Shown in pieces: positions 13,667-26,897 of a DNA stretch of 64,000 nt. The DNA comes from Octopus vulgaris (Eukaryota): positions 52,142,001 through 52,206,000 of the forward strand of contig OX597821.1 in NCBI GenBank assembly GCA_951406725.2, in the 5' to 3' direction. Each line of letters starts with the position of its first letter. Positions within the stretch are counted from its first letter, which is position 1. The notes beneath the pieces were generated by a model that saw only the letters and a list, made by a program, of their open reading frames with translations, made no database searches and was not told where the DNA came from. Position numbers and translations under genes: made by a program.

Positions 13667-15149
13667 GTGAGACGATCACACGCTACACACCTTTCTTCCA
13701 AGCACTGCTGAAAACAACGGAAGCGAGCTAGAACGTTAAAACTTTGTACGCATGTACAGCAGAGTTCAAAGTTAATCTATGCCAAGCCAAGCGGCTTCAC
13801 TCTGCATGCTTTAACTTCGTTACTATATCAACAGTCCGGATACTTATTTGTTAGACCACGTACGGTAACAAAACTAAGTATTTGAATATTAGATTTTAAC
13901 ATTAGAAACTTATTACATTTAGAAAACACTAGCTATTTTCTTGAATTTGAACAGTTTCAGTATTTGAAATATTTTTCTTCAAGTGACAAATCACTGATGT
14001 TCCACTGAATGGCGGAATAAATTATAGCTTTCAAGTGTGATAAAAAGAATACAGAATAGAGCGGTAGAAAGACAACAGGATCGATAGAATGAATATCAAT
14101 CAAGCACTAAGGTCGTCAATCCGAGCAGCTGATCTCTCCTGTATACATTTGTGATTTCGTGCCATTGTCAAAAGACATTATGCACCAAAGAATGGTAGGT
14201 ACCACATGTGACTGTTGAGTTAAAAGAGAGGAAATAGTTGATACAGGCTTATTGTGCACCAGAATCATGTTATATCAAAGGTGTTAATCAACCGGAAATC
14301 AACCAATAGCTTTTCAGACCAAGGGGAATAAAGAGCAACATTCGTAGTACGATACTTGAGATAAATATCTTTGTGTCCGCTTTTCTATTTACATTTTGCG
14401 AATCAAGCGTTGTTGGGCAATTTATCCTCATTCATTCTTCTTAGAAGCAAAAAAAAAAAAAAAAAGTCCCAACGTTTTTGCCCACTTTGAAAAATTATTG
14501 CATTTTCAGAGTAGGTTTTGATAATTCTATTCTATATTGAATTCAAATTCTGATTTCTCACATTCGTAGCGGAATGTAATGTATTCGATATTTGGTTAAC
14601 AGTGATAGTTTCCTAATATCAAGCACAATGAAGTTTCGATTTGACAAACGCATTGAATGCATATTTGCTAAAGAAGGTGCACATTGCACCGAAGCCGGAT
14701 AAATGTTCGGAGAGAAAGAATAAATGTTAAGGCATGACTTAATGGCTCTCAGATGTATAAATTTCTATGTTTGAAAATAAAAACAGAAAAACAGATGAAA
14801 TGATGTCTAGACTACATCGAGTGATTGATTTCAGCTCAACCTTTGGCACTAGTCATATAGTTTCCTAAATTTGACTATTATGTCATTGATATTATAAAGT
14901 ATTGTGCATCTTTGATCTAGCTAGTTTCCTGCTTGCTTTCTCCTAGATTTACTCAACAGCACTAGTCTATTTTCCTCCTCGTCACCCGTATTGTTTGTAC
15001 TCCCAGTCTCTCGCTAATCTGCTCCAATAAGTCCTTTCATTCTAGAACGTTAACCCAATTGACTTTCTACTTGAACTTGTTTCTCTTGCAGATGCTAAAA
15101 CTGAACCCCAATACCATTTACCACCACACCACTCTCGATCCAACTGAGG

Positions 15150-15700
15150 GAAGGGTTTTTTACGGAGTCATTCAATTTTCTAGAAACAGCAGCCAAATCT
15201 CCTTTAAATAAACTCCTTTCTTCCTACAAAAACGGATTGTCTTCTGTGTCTTGTACTAGTAAAAGCCTGCAAGGTTATAGTCGAAATGTCCTTAATGATG
15301 GATCTTCTCGATCAGAGTTGATCTGCGAGCTAAATAAGAACAACAATAACAATAACAATAACAACAGCACCACTCTCGACATGGCGGCCTGCAAAACCAG
15401 AACACAAATGCATTTTGATTCATAATCTCAGCGACTATAATAAAGATCAATATAAAGACCTGATGAAGAAAAAACTCATTTAGAGATGTCCCTGATCACT
15501 ACAGTCACATGACCTGATAGAAATAATAGTCAAACCATTCTTTAAAAGGGAGTCTTCAAAATGAAGCGGCGCCATATGTTTTATTAGAGTATAATGATTT
15601 TCGATTTAACAAACTCGATTTTTGAAGGCAGTAAAGATTTCAAGGAGGTTTTGCTGTCATTTCTAGGCTATCATGTTCAGCTACACTAGTTGGTTTGTGA
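15150..15700. repeat. Old dispersed repeat family (ctagaaa.agcagccaaatct / gatttggctg.tatttctag blocks)
   Basis: Similar decayed blocks at about 9400-9580, 16670-16870, 46370-46560, 47310-47510, 54610-54790 and 62750-62945, in both orientations. Class not determined. Confidence 0.45.
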
Positions 15701-15715
15701 ATACTTAAATATGTG

Positions 15716-15780
<65 letters not shown>

Positions 15781-17350
15781 CGTGTCTATATATACACAAG
15801 CACTGACACACGCATGCCCATCTTTAAATCTTTAAATTTCGATAATGTTGGTCATTTAGTTCTGAAGAGATGGTTGTTTACCATTTCAATGCTCTTATAT
15901 TTTGATTAACAGCTATTTCATTATGAAATACTGGCATCTATTATTATTATTTGATTGAAACTGTTCTCACATGTTTAACTTCAGATTTCCATTCAGGCTC
16001 TTTCCCCCAAGGCTATCGAAATGTGCTAGCGAATATTTCCCATTATTCTTTTTTAACAAAATATTTCTCTCAAGACTAAAATATTCGTCAACTCCTCCTT
16101 TCAATTGGAAACTTTAAGACATTACGTGAAACAAAACATTTTTTTTTTGTTTTTCTTCAACTGCTTTTTGCTCATCTATCATATTTTCACATCTTTCTAA
16201 TGTTTTATAGTTCTGGCGCCAAAACCACGCCTCATGCTCGCGGCTCTAAGACATTCAAGAAGATACAGATCAATGTACTGGAATTATATTGTAAACTAAA
16301 CTAATTTTACTTTAGTTTTTTTTTTATTGAGGTTATTTATTATTTCATTTGCTTGTGACTTGGTGATTTATCGTAGTTTTTAATCAACTAGAGTTGTTGG
16401 AATTGACGTTTGTAACAGATATCTTGGCTCAAACACAGGATGGAATCTTGAATATAGAGAGAATGAACCAGAAATACACAGAGAGATAAGTATAGATTGA
16501 TAGAGAGAGAGAGAGAGAGAAGAGAGAAGAGAGAAGTTGTTGTAAGCTTCATTAATCAGCGAGGTCAGTAGAAACCAGATTTTATCTCCAGTAAACTGAA
16601 CTACTAGCATACAACGACGGAGACCTTGTGTAGAAAAGACATGTAGACACTTATGTAGACATTGTTGGTAATAACAGCTAAATACCTTGCGTATCATAAA
16701 TTAGCGTCTTATAAATGGAAGGACACATTAAGTGCAAATCCAGCCAAACTGTCACTTCATATTTCACCAGGTCAAGACCAATATAATAGGGACAAATTGT
16801 TGTTTGAAGCTAGGTTTGTTAAGAACGAGCAGACCTATGATCAAAGTAGCTTCATTCGTGCAGAGATTGAATAAGCTATCAGGAAGATGTTTGATCCTTG
16901 TCAAACTGAATTTTATAATAAAACGGGTATACTTCATATCAGCTTTGTATTTGTCTTATAACTGAACTCTGATCTTGATGATCGATTATTATGTACCAAA
17001 CAGCATTACTCGTATAAACACTTTGCAACTAACACCAAATACATATTCTACAAAGGATCACAAAAGTAAAATAAGAACCTGAACTATGTTAGGTTAGCAT
17101 TGTTTTGTTTTACTTACCTGGGATAGTGAGGGACCTTATGTTGTTTTTTTATTCTTTAGAAGCGTATATAATGTATGTATGTATGTATGTATGTATGTAT
17201 GTATGTATGTATGTATGTATGTATGTATGTATGTACCTATCTATCTATATATCTATCTGTGTATATGTTACACATGTGCAGGTTTGGTAGAATAGGTAAA
17301 AATAGAACTGAATACATGAGCATGTCAATTTTTTAATATTTTAATTATGT

Positions 17351-17631
17351 AAGGCGGCGAGCTGGCAGAATCGTTAACACGCCTGGTGAAATGCGTAGCC
17401 GTATTTCGTCTGCCGTTACGTTCTGAGTTCAAATTCCGCCGAGGTCGACTTTACCTTTCATCCTTTCGGTGTCGATAAATTAAGTACCAGTTACGCACTG
17501 GGGACGATATAATCGACTTAGTCCATTTGTCTGTCCTTGTTTGTCCTCTCTGTGTTTAGCCCCTTGTGGGTAGTAAAGAAATAGGTATTTCGTCTGCCGC
17601 TACGTTCTGAGTTCAAATTCCGCAAAAGTCA
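17351..17631 (+). mobile_element. SINE A young subfamily (distinct 3' tail) followed by an internal piece of another SINE A
   Basis: Diagnostic tagccgtatttc and tail ttagccccttgtgggtagtaaagaaata, followed by ggtatttcgtctgccgctacgttctgagttc. Confidence 0.85.
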
Positions 17632-17639
17632 AATATAAA

Positions 17640-17656
17640 ATAATAATAATAATAAC

Positions 17657-17703
<47 letters not shown>

Positions 17704-17948
17704 TAATAATAATAATCCCTTTTACTTTAGGCACAAGGCCTAAAATTTGGGGTGAGGTACTAGTCGATTACGTCGACCCCAATATTTCACTGGTACTTAA
17801 TTTATCGTCTGTGAAAAGATGGAAGGCAAAGTCGACCACAGTGGAATTTGAACTCCGAACGTAAAGACAAACGAATTGCCACTAAATACTTTTCCCAGCG
17901 CGTTAAGGATTCTGCTAGCTAGCCACCTTAATAAAGATGATGATGGTG

Positions 17949-18037
<89 letters not shown>
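17640..18037. repeat. Two (TAA)n arrays (17640-17716 and 17949-18037)
   Basis: Direct reading. Confidence 0.95.
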
Positions 18038-18038
<1 letters not shown>

Positions 18039-18198
18039 TTCCTTTCTACTAAAGGCATGAAGTTTGGCGTGGGTGGATTAGTCGATGTAATCAACCTTGA
18101 CCCCGCCCGACCCCGAAAGGAGGAAAGGCAAAGTAGACCTCAAAGTGGAATTTGAACGCAGATCGCAGTGACGGGCGAAATACCGCTAAGCATTTCGC
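17718..18198 (-). mobile_element. Two SINE A copies separated by (TAA)n
   Basis: Reverse-strand matches at about 17718-17929 and 18040-18198. Confidence 0.8.
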
Positions 18199-19527
18199 AT
18201 TAGTAATGATAATGCTAATATAACACGAGGATGGAAGTCAATAAACTTTAAGGATAGGTCATGAGGCACGTTTCTGCATCTTGTATCAGCATTAAGTTGC
18301 AAGGTTCATATTAATATAGCGTCATGTAAGGTTACTCGTAATACTTACAATGTATTTAGACATTGTTTAACAACAGCTACCTGTGGTTGCTTCATAGGGT
18401 GAAGTCCCATAAAAAAACTGCTAGATAATACAGAATACACCATCTCGAGGAAGTAGACTACTCTCTATGATTCAAATAATTGTATTTCGCTGGTAGGCGG
18501 TGCTTACAAATAACGAAACAAAAACTCATCACAATAATTGCAACAACAACAATAACGGAGACATGACTTTCAAGCTACCTACATTGGCGAGGGAAGAGAA
18601 GGAACCTTATTTAAGCGATAGCATTGGTCTGATGGAAGCAAAAATAAAAACAAAACTAAGATTAAAAAGCTAGAATGTCCATTTACTCGTCTAAACTAAA
18701 GTGTTTTATCAGGCTAAAAATAAATAAATCTTTCAAGTAATCTTTTGAGATTCCTGTTATTTTTTGTATTTAAGAAAAAAAATTTTTGAAGTGCCCATCG
18801 TCTTCGTTATGCTACACTTGCTATCACTTAGTTCATCCTAATTTATGCTTTGACCTCCTTCTCTTATCTTCTTATAGGACTTTTTTTTAATTTACTATCC
18901 AGTGAACATTTCACCCTTTACTCGAATATACCTCCTCTTAGAGTAATATCCAGTTAACTCGCCCTTTCCAGCAAAACCCTGGAACTGCCTCTAGATTTTT
19001 ATCACCCCCGTATTTCGACTTTTTGTATACATATTGGTTTCCAATTATGGCACAAGGCCAGCAAGTTTAGGGAAGGGTCTAAGTCAATTACATCGACTCC
19101 AGTGCTCAACTGGAACTCATTCTATCGACCCCCGGAATGGTTTGATTTTTAATTATCACTTTTAATATATACCAGTCCGTTCAATGATAAACCGCGTTTA
19201 GTCACATTTAATAGACATTTTCGGCACCACAAGTTTCATTTGCTGTTCATGCCAGAGTTAGAGTGGGATACAAAACTGACTACTTACATAACACACCTAT
19301 TACATTACGTACCTACCTATCTACCTACCTACATACATACATACATATGCACATACATTCATATATACACGCATACATACGTATACATATATGGTGGGCT
19401 TCAAATTTCCGTCAACCAAATCTTCTCACGTGGTTTTGGTTGCCTCTGCGCTATAGTAAAAGACACCTATCCGCAGCTATACATGTCTATCTGTCTGGCC
19501 GTCCGTCCGTCTCTCTCTCTCTCTGTA

Positions 19528-19558
<31 letters not shown>

Positions 19559-19676
19559 TTGTAATCACCCCACTTTGTCGTATGGTTAACACCATATAGA
19601 TTTCCGGTGCATCCTAGTTAAGGACCATATTCATGTGAATTCATTAGAACTCACTTGAATCTCAATTACTTAAACC

Positions 19677-19740
<64 letters not shown>

Positions 19741-19834
19741 CCTGCTACCATGTATTTCAGTAATTAAACTGCAATCATATAATGTATAGGTTTTAGCTCA
19801 GCGAATCAACATCACCACTTATTTTTGGAGTCTA

Positions 19835-20065
19835 AGATTTATTCTGTCGACTTCCTTTTGCCGAACCGCTAGTTTATAGGAAAGTAAACAAACCAAGTGG
19901 TGGGGTTCAAAGCACAGACACAAGGATAAACAGACACAGACACACACAGGTATATACACAACAGGCTTCTTAGAGTTTCCTTCTGCCAGATCCATTTTGG
20001 CATTGGTCTATGCGGGTTATAATGTGGTGGAGCAGTAAACTTCTTTCCACATAGCCATAGACACA
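19835..20065 (-). mobile_element. SINE family B fragment
   Basis: cttttgccgaaccgctagtt ... ttctttccacatagcca. Confidence 0.65.
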
Positions 20066-20105
20066 CACTCAAACATATACACACCCACCCACACAAATAC
20101 ACAGA

Positions 20106-20154
<49 letters not shown>

Positions 20155-20457
20155 TATATGTATGTGTGTATATGTATACACACGCATATTTATTTATACA
20201 TCGATGCGCGTGCACACATATACTTGTGCGTGCGTGCATGTGTGTGTATGTACGTGTGTATGGATGTGTGCGTGTGTGTTTGTGTGAATACGTTATCCTT
20301 TACTTGGAGAAATAAATAGGAGTTAGTGTCATGAAAAACACGGATAAAAGGACTAAAATGAAAGAACACTCACACACACACACACACATATATATATATA
20401 CACACATATATATATACATACATATATATATGAACAATGAACAATGACCTGCGAGGT

Positions 20458-20495
<38 letters not shown>

Positions 20496-20512
20496 GCATA
20501 CACACATGCATG

Positions 20513-20579
<67 letters not shown>

Positions 20580-20639
20580 GAACAGGTACTATCATTATCT
20601 CTGCGAGGTACACACACACACATATATATATATATATAG

Positions 20640-21113
20640 GTATCATAAAAGTTGAAGCACCTCAAAGGGCAATCACAAAAAAGATAGATGGCATGACAGG
20701 CCTCGACTATTGGGGTTGACTAGAAAAGCTAAAACTTTATTCTCTCCAACGTCGTCGTGAGCGCTACATCATCTGCATGATGTGGAAAATATTCCATCAG
20801 CATTGCCCAAATGATGTTGGCATCACCTTTAAGGCATCACCTTTAAGGTACATCCAAGGCTTGGGCCCCGTGCCATCCGCCCAAAACAAAAATCGCACTC
20901 TCATCTCATAACAACAATACGGCACAATTATTTCACCTTCAAGAAATCCCGGATAAACCCCCTACACCCGGATATGTCTCTGTAAACAATAACTCTCTAC
21001 TTGAGTGGGCCATAGTGCCCAAATTCTGACTTGAAAGACTTCACCAGGTGGTGCTATTAAGTTAGACATGGCCTGGGCCAATAATGGCCGAAACCTATCA
21101 AAGTATCAAAGTA
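20640..21113 (+). mobile_element. CR1/L2-group LINE 3' end
   Basis: Reads [46 protein letters not shown]. 3' hairpin ggcca-ataa-tggcc and tail (tatcaaag)2, in TA-repeat context. Confidence 0.8.
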
Positions 21114-21415
21114 TATATACATATGCATACATACATGCATGTATGTATGTAGGTATGTACGTTTGTATTTATATATATATATATTACAAGGGCTGACTAG
21201 TTCAAAAGGAAGCTATGTCTGGCCACTTACAATATATAACTCAAGGATAAGCCTGTGAGTGAAGAATAGATTTAATCTGTTATCAATAGCCCGACAAAAA
21301 ATATTGTTTCTCTTTTTGATTCCTGGTGAACTATAGTTGAAACAATACATTTGGTTGGACTAACGATTATGAATTTATATATATGTATATATATATATAA
21401 ATATATATATTTATA

Positions 21416-21479
<64 letters not shown>

Positions 21480-23617
21480 CGCGCACGTATGAAAGCTTGT
21501 GTTTGTACCTATAAATATTTCTACATACGTATGTACCTATATGCGTATGTTTACATTTCTCTCTCTCTATATCTATCTATCTACCTCTCTACATATATAT
21601 ATATATACACACACACGTACATGCACGTTGAAATGCATGCAGCTAGATGCTGTATTTAGTGTGTATGTGTTTGAATACCTCCCTCTCTTTAGTATATCAG
21701 GTTAAATCTATTAAGATTTTTATCACACAGAACCATTCTCATACAAAGCCCACTTCAGTAACTAAGTGTGAAGGAAGCTCTAAACGTATTTATACAACGA
21801 AACAATCAATGAGAATAGAATTTACAGCTTCAGAAGAAAGAATATATACATCAGAAGAGAGAAATCTTTAGAGAAATTTTATAGACAGTTAGTCGCACAT
21901 TTTTCCACTGTTTCATTTTCACTGTAATAACATTACATTCCTCAAGTGCAATGTTTATGAAAGTCGTATATAATTTATATTGTTTTTATCGTTTTTATAG
22001 TCGAATTGTAAATAATCGATAATCAAAATCAAATCAAAAGATTGCTACCCTTTTATGTTTAAGCGATATATATAATTTTTATTCGCTTTATTTCACGTCT
22101 AAAAGACACGAATATCTTTCGAGATATATTTATTTATCGTGTTGCTATGAGGGTTATCTTAAAAAACAAAACAAAACAAAATAAACTCCCACCCCCACAA
22201 AAAAACAAAAACAAACAAAAAACCCCAGAGAAATGTTCATCGTGATTAATACACCTTCATTGGCAATAAAACTGAAGAACAAATCGTGTTTCTGAAGAGC
22301 CTGGAACTATGTAATGTTACCAACTTGAGTTTTTTTTTTTTATGAAGAAAACTAAAATGATAAAGGGCATTCTCTAGAGGAAAACCATATTAGCCGCAGG
22401 ACAGACATTAAAACTTACCCTGAGGAAAAAGGGAGGAAGGGGTGGTAATTAAACGTCTTATTTAGATATAAACATGGCTGCAAGAATTGAGTAGAGAATT
22501 ACAGTTAGGAATCCGCCTATTTATTTATATTTCATTAAAAGATATTTTTAGTTATATTCGGAATATTATACTCATATCTACCTGCATGCCTGCCTGCCTG
22601 TTTACATACCTACCCACTCACTCACCCACCCATCTACCTACATATATACCTGCATCAAATTTTGCATGTATGTATATGTATGTATACACACGTGCATGTA
22701 TATACACGTGCATGTATGTGTATGTACATGTATGTATGTATGTGTGTATGCATGTATGTATGTATATGTATGTATGCGTGTATATGTATATATATATATA
22801 CACATAGTTATATATATATATATACATACACACATGCGTGCGCGCACATATATACACACTCTCTTTTTCTCTCTCTCTCACGCACACATATATGCTTATA
22901 TATGTGTTTATGAATATAATGCTATTGGAAGTGTTATCTATCACCTTCTATAATAGGAATCTTGTTTCATTTCCAAGAAATCATCCTAAATATAGAGTTG
23001 GGGAAAATCTGTGTGGAAATGAAATTGCTTGTTGATGCCTCGGGTATAAATATGAAAGACTGTATATGAATAGGATGATTATATACACACAGAATATACA
23101 TACACACTCCCACGTCAGAGCTTTAGGAAAGTTAGAAAGTTTTATCAGAATAGTTGATATGAAGTCTTTTCTTTGTCAATATTTAAAAAAAAAAAGCCTT
23201 AAGAAAACGAACACTTTCTACAGCCATGAGTAAGTAGAAAGATGAACATGGTCGAATACAGTAAGTTTGTCTCGGAAAGAAGGTTTTGTTAATCCTGAGA
23301 ATTATATTTTGTTTTGCAAGTGTATTAAAATCTTCTTCATAAATATACTGGTTATGCTAAAGTGTTTACTTTGGGCATATCTAGTCAAATACTCTTATAT
23401 GTAGACAGCCAAACTGTCTACATATAAAAGCATTAGCTAGATATGTTTGTTTTTAATGTACCAGATTACTGTAATGATGGGAAAACCTGAAATAATGGCT
23501 AAGACGAAAATCAGTAACATATTTACTCCTGTTCGATATGAATTCTTGGTTTCGAATTCAACTTATTCACTTGCTGTGAATTTTTTGCGAAACGACATTT
23601 CAACAAAAGTAAGCACA

Positions 23618-23772
23618 CATATGGCCGTGCGGTAAGAAGTTGGCTTCTCGATTACATAGATCCAGGTTCCGGCACACTGCATGGTACCCTATGCAAGTGA
23701 CTACTACTAGAGCTGCGTGCCGACCCAAGCCGTGTGAGTGGATTTTATATACGAAAATTGAAAGAAGCCCGG
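23618..23772 (+). mobile_element. SINE family B, 5' half
   Basis: tggccgtgcggtaagaag...gtgagtggatttt...gaaagaagccc, running into a microsatellite. Confidence 0.75.
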
Positions 23773-23800
23773 TCTCTCTCTCTCTATATATATATATATA

Positions 23801-23918
23801 TCACCGTGATCACCGTGACCGACCAGACTATCAGATGCTGCTACACATCGCTGGTCACAATGCGCTTTGCATTGTTTTAGCCTTCAAGTGACGCTACCCC
23901 GCTGGCTAAGCAAGCAGG

Positions 23919-23921
<3 letters not shown>
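23801..23921 (-). mobile_element. Probable LINE 3' tail of unknown clade
   Basis: GC-richer island between (TA)n runs, ending on the minus strand in the short tandem (cacggtgat)2 typical of LINE tails. Confidence 0.5.
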
Positions 23922-23957
<36 letters not shown>

Positions 23958-24021
23958 CACCAGGTGGTGCTATTAAGTTAGACATGGCCTGGGCCAATAA
24001 TGGCCGAAACCTATCAAAGTA
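23958..24021 (+). mobile_element. Very short 3' tail of the same CR1-type family
   Basis: Matches about 21043-21105 exactly; (TA)n on both sides. Confidence 0.85.
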
Positions 24022-24035
24022 TATATATATATATA

Positions 24036-24830
24036 TCAGGTCATCCCATAAGTTCTGTCCGAATTTTTATTAAAGAAAACAAGTGACCAAATGTTATATT
24101 TAATTGAAATTTAATCATCAATGTACTTTCCCTGATTATTTATGACTTCCTTCCTTCTATTTACAAGCTTTTTAATCCTATCAATGTAAAACTCTTTTGG
24201 TTTCAAAGCGAAGAACTCTGAAATGTCAGTTTCGACCTCCTCCTTGCTTGCGAAAGTTATGTCCGCCAAAGGATTCTGTAAACAACGAAACAAATGGTAG
24301 TCTGAAGGAGCAAGGTCGGGGGAATAAGGTGAATGAGGAATTTTTTCCCAACCAAGCTATTCAAACTTCTGTGATGTGATCTTTGCAGTATGTGGTCACG
24401 TATTGTCCTGATGAAACATCACTCCTTTTCGATTCACTAAAGCGGGTCTTTTTTCTTCAAAGCTTGGTTCACACGCTCTAATTGCTGACAGTAGATTTGA
24501 GCATTGATTGTTGCATTTGGTGGTAACAATTCAAAGTGAATTACTCCTTTGCAATCCCACCAGATAGAGAGAAGAAACTTTTTCCCATGAAGTTCCTTTC
24601 TCGGTTGTGGTTGAGCCTTTTCCCTTTTACCAAGTCACTGTTTACGACGTTTAACATTTCGACAGAAGATCCATTTTTCGTCACCAGTCAAGTCTATGCA
24701 AAAAGGGTGAAATGAGTTTGCGAGAATGGAGAGAAGAGCAGATGTCAACTCGGGATTTGGGTTTGTTTTCAGACAATTCATGAGGTACCCATTTTCCAAG
24801 TCTAGGAACCTTTCCAAGTTGTTGAAGATT
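24036..24830 (-). mobile_element. Truncated mariner (3' part, one TIR)
   Basis: TIR-like tcaggtcatcccataagttctgtccgaatttt resembles that of 37486-38734. Minus-strand motifs LTGDEKW, HQDN, PYSPDLAPSDYHLF and NQGKYIDD*. Confidence 0.88.
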
Positions 24831-26059
24831 TTAGTGATGAATTTTCCTTAGATATTGTCCGTTTTTCCAAATGAGTCTTTCCATCCATATATTATCAGGT
24901 CGAACACTTCTGTATATTCCTTGACAGACATCATTCGGTTGACACAGAGTTTGCGTGGGGCAATACAAAAATTGAGTTATTTGGGAAATGTTGTTTTAGA
25001 TGTCATCTTCTTTGTTATAGCTAAATCCGAGTGAGAAAGAAAGGAGAAGCGACATAGGAAGGATGAAAATTGAAGTTAACCATAAGTTGATTTGTACTCG
25101 GAGCGTAGAAAGTCAAATCGAAATATCATAAAATATTCTATACGTCTCTTAAACAACGCAGGAAATTCAACATTTTCACGCTTGTTCACTGGAAATAAAT
25201 GACTTTCGGCCGCCAGCCAATTTGATTTGGATGAAGTTACTGTACAACTTTGAATTGTCATTCATTAACAAGAATAAGTCGTTTCCGTAGTTTAATTTGT
25301 AATCACTTGGATTAAATTATCGACAGGGAACTATATATTAGTTGACTGCACAATACATACATACATACACATACATATATGTATATATATATATATGCGT
25401 GTGACTGTGCGTGTCTTAGGATGTATATCTATCTATCTATCAGAATGTGTGTATGAATGTATGTGCCTCCGTGCGTGCGTGTGCAACTGAGAGTTAGAAC
25501 TGAGGATAATTACTTTCGTAAAGTGAAAATGATTGAGGAAAGACAGAACCGAAAGTAGTTAAAGACTGAAGATTTATTGATACAAGAAGTGGCATATATG
25601 GAAGGTCATTGCTGATACTAATGAAGTTGAAGATGTACTCAGCCGGTTAATTTTGCCGATTATTATCTTTGTTTTCTGAACCTACGTAATTGTCTATGAA
25701 TTGCTTAACATTATCAGATGGTTCAGTCCCGATGCATATACATAATCCCTCTGCTTGCACGAAGTATTTTCCTAAACGCCTATGCTGTGTTCAGACTTTT
25801 AGTTAGCTCTTGTTCCATATGTTCTGATTAATATAACACTTTGTTTCTTTTCATAAGGCTGAAGTTACTCTGGTTGTTGAAAAACAAAATTGGAATGTGC
25901 GTCATACATGATGCATAGATGCCAACGGAATATGTTCTCTGTATCAAATGTGATGCACAGAACAATTAAAGGGTCAATGCAATGTACATCAATGATCAAT
26001 TCAGAAACACTCCTTTACTAAGATGAGTTTGGCTCAATTACACATTATATTTTAAACAC

Positions 26060-26140
26060 ACACAACGCCCGGTCTGGGAATCGAAACCGCGATCCTCCGA
26101 CCGCGAGTCCGCTGCCCTAACCACTGGGCCATTGCGCCTC

Positions 26141-26142
<2 letters not shown>
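26060..26142 (-). mobile_element. SINE C tRNA-like head only
   Basis: Reverse complement of 44476-44555. Confidence 0.75.
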
Positions 26143-26198
<56 letters not shown>

Positions 26199-26599
26199 GG
26201 TGTGTGCGTGTGTGCTGTAGTCGACCATTTGTATATGAACCTGTATTCTCGCAGTTCGGTAAGAGTGATAGAGTAAGTGCCAGACTTAAAAAAAAAAGGA
26301 ACTAGGTCGATATGTTCAGCTAAATCCATTCAAAATACTGTTCCAGCATGACGGTAGTTCAAAGACTGACAAAAGTTAAAAGATAAAAGACAAAAGGCAG
26401 CAAAATTGTTCTTCTCTGAGTCAACCCTCATAACCTCCTCATATGAATCTAATTTGAATAACAGTGTTCTAATCTTTTCGTTTATAGTTCCCAGCGAAGC
26501 TAAAGTGTATATATATAATTTACGAGACTTGTCTAACTTATGAATTTGTCCAAAAGCATTGAGTGGTGCTCTATATGTATATATGTGTTTGCATGATTG

Positions 26600-26630
<31 letters not shown>

Positions 26631-26699
26631 GCATACACATACATAATTATACAGGGTGGGCCAGAAGTCACGCACCAAAACAGTTCACATTTTATTTAT

Positions 26700-26860
26700 G
26701 CGAGCTGGCAGAATTGTTAGCATGCTGAACAAGATATTTAGCAGCACGTTCTGAGTTCAAATTCCGCCAAGGTTGACTTTGCCTTGCATCCTTTCTAGAT
26801 CGATAAAATAAGTACCCCTCTCCCAACTAAATTTCAGGCCTTGTGCATTTTGTAGAAAGG

Positions 26861-26861
<1 letters not shown>
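26700..26861 (+). mobile_element. SINE A with (TTA)n tail
   Basis: Family A head and core; ends gtagaaagg then (tta)n. Confidence 0.85.

Positions 26862-26896
<35 letters not shown>

Positions 26897-26897
<1 letters not shown>

Noticed and set aside
15076-15150. Acceptor-like ttgtttctcttgcag followed by a short frame
   Set aside because: No clear donor, no recognisable peptide, and it runs into an old dispersed repeat.
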